Source: Phoronis australis (Eukaryota; Animalia; Phoronida). Taken from it: a DNA stretch of 64,000 nt. The stretch covers positions 186,001 to 250,000 of the forward strand of contig NMRA01000063.1 of NCBI GenBank assembly GCA_002633005.1, read 5' to 3'. The notes beneath the pieces were generated by a model. It worked only from the letters and a program-made list of their open reading frames with translations, was not told the origin of the DNA and searched no databases. This document shows, piece after piece, positions 63,141 to 64,000 of this stretch. Numbering within the stretch: position 1 is the first letter of the stretch; the number at the start of each line of letters is the position of its first letter. Both the position numbers and the translations under genes were made by a program.

Positions 63141-64000
63141 CAACTTTTGGTAAATTATCCATTATTTGCTGTGCATGAAGTACGTAATAATCCTTTGAAA
63201 AATATAAAATAAGTGTACAATTACTGCGCGGTCAGAAAGATTTGTGTAAAGAACTGCGATGGCTTCAACAGCAACTTTGTGAAACATGGTGGATAACTGC
63301 TGTGTATCAGTGTGGGTGATACTAGACATATACTGTTGGGAATGCTTAACAGTATACTAGATTGATACGTTCATTTGAAAACCCTTTCATCTGGAATACC
63401 GTCAAAGTTGGAGATGCTTGTAACATAGTATACTATCAGATTTTTCCATTCTGCCAAAGTTTTCTGCAAACTTAGCTAAAGTAGGCTTGCATCAACTGTC
63501 CTGCAAGGACAATACCTTAAGGATGCCTGTAAGCAAAGGTTACAAGGAACATCTGCCCACTCAGATTTGAGTGTTTGGTTGGTTCAAAGATTTAAAGCCA
63601 GGTACATCAAACTAAAATTTAAAAGTCAAATCATTTTAAATTACAATCTAGCATAAATCGAGTTGTGTCTGCGCATCGAACAGAACTCCGTCAGTGTTAA
63701 ATCAAGATGTAGTCTAGACAAAACAGATAACATTTTCACCTCACCCTCATCATTCTTAACATTTATGAATGGTTGACTTTCCAATGCTAAAATGGGGCTT
63801 AAATAGGATAACTTGGATCACCTCTGATTAACCTAGCTGCTAAAGTTTAACAGATCAATTCATGCTTGTGGTCAGATATCGAAACGCAGGAATGTACCAG
63901 ACGGGTCCCATAATCACTGAGTTGCCGGGGCAACTAGAAATTCACGTCCTATGATTAATGCAAATGATTCTTTACAATGACATGAACACAAGCAACTAAT

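Overview
AT-rich, repeat-dense animal genomic DNA, probably from an invertebrate bilaterian (species not determinable). It is not prokaryotic, and most of the supplied ORFs are spurious. Two spliced protein-coding genes lie on the + strand. The first is an hnRNP F/H-family gene with three qRRMs, a PY-NLS and a Gly/Tyr/Arg-rich linker: nine well-supported coding exons from 26011 to 45358 plus two candidate terminal exons, about 410 aa. The second is the first two exons of a microsomal triglyceride transfer protein (MTP)-like gene (56080-62099), which continues beyond the window. The rest is nested mobile DNA: a tRNA-promoter-bearing TRIM with its empty site preserved in the neighbouring duplicate; a three-level nest of Helentron-like repeat, hAT with 5-bp TSD and Kolobok (THAP plus KolX); a Penelope-like element with inverted pseudo-LTRs carrying a minimal hammerhead ribozyme; a TA-target element with a HIRAN-like remnant; several MITEs; and many minisatellites. 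The most interesting regulatory signal is a G-run-rich, stop-containing 165-nt extension of hnRNP F/H exon 4 ending in a consensus donor, a candidate autoregulatory NMD switch. All calls come from reading the sequence by eye; no searches were run.
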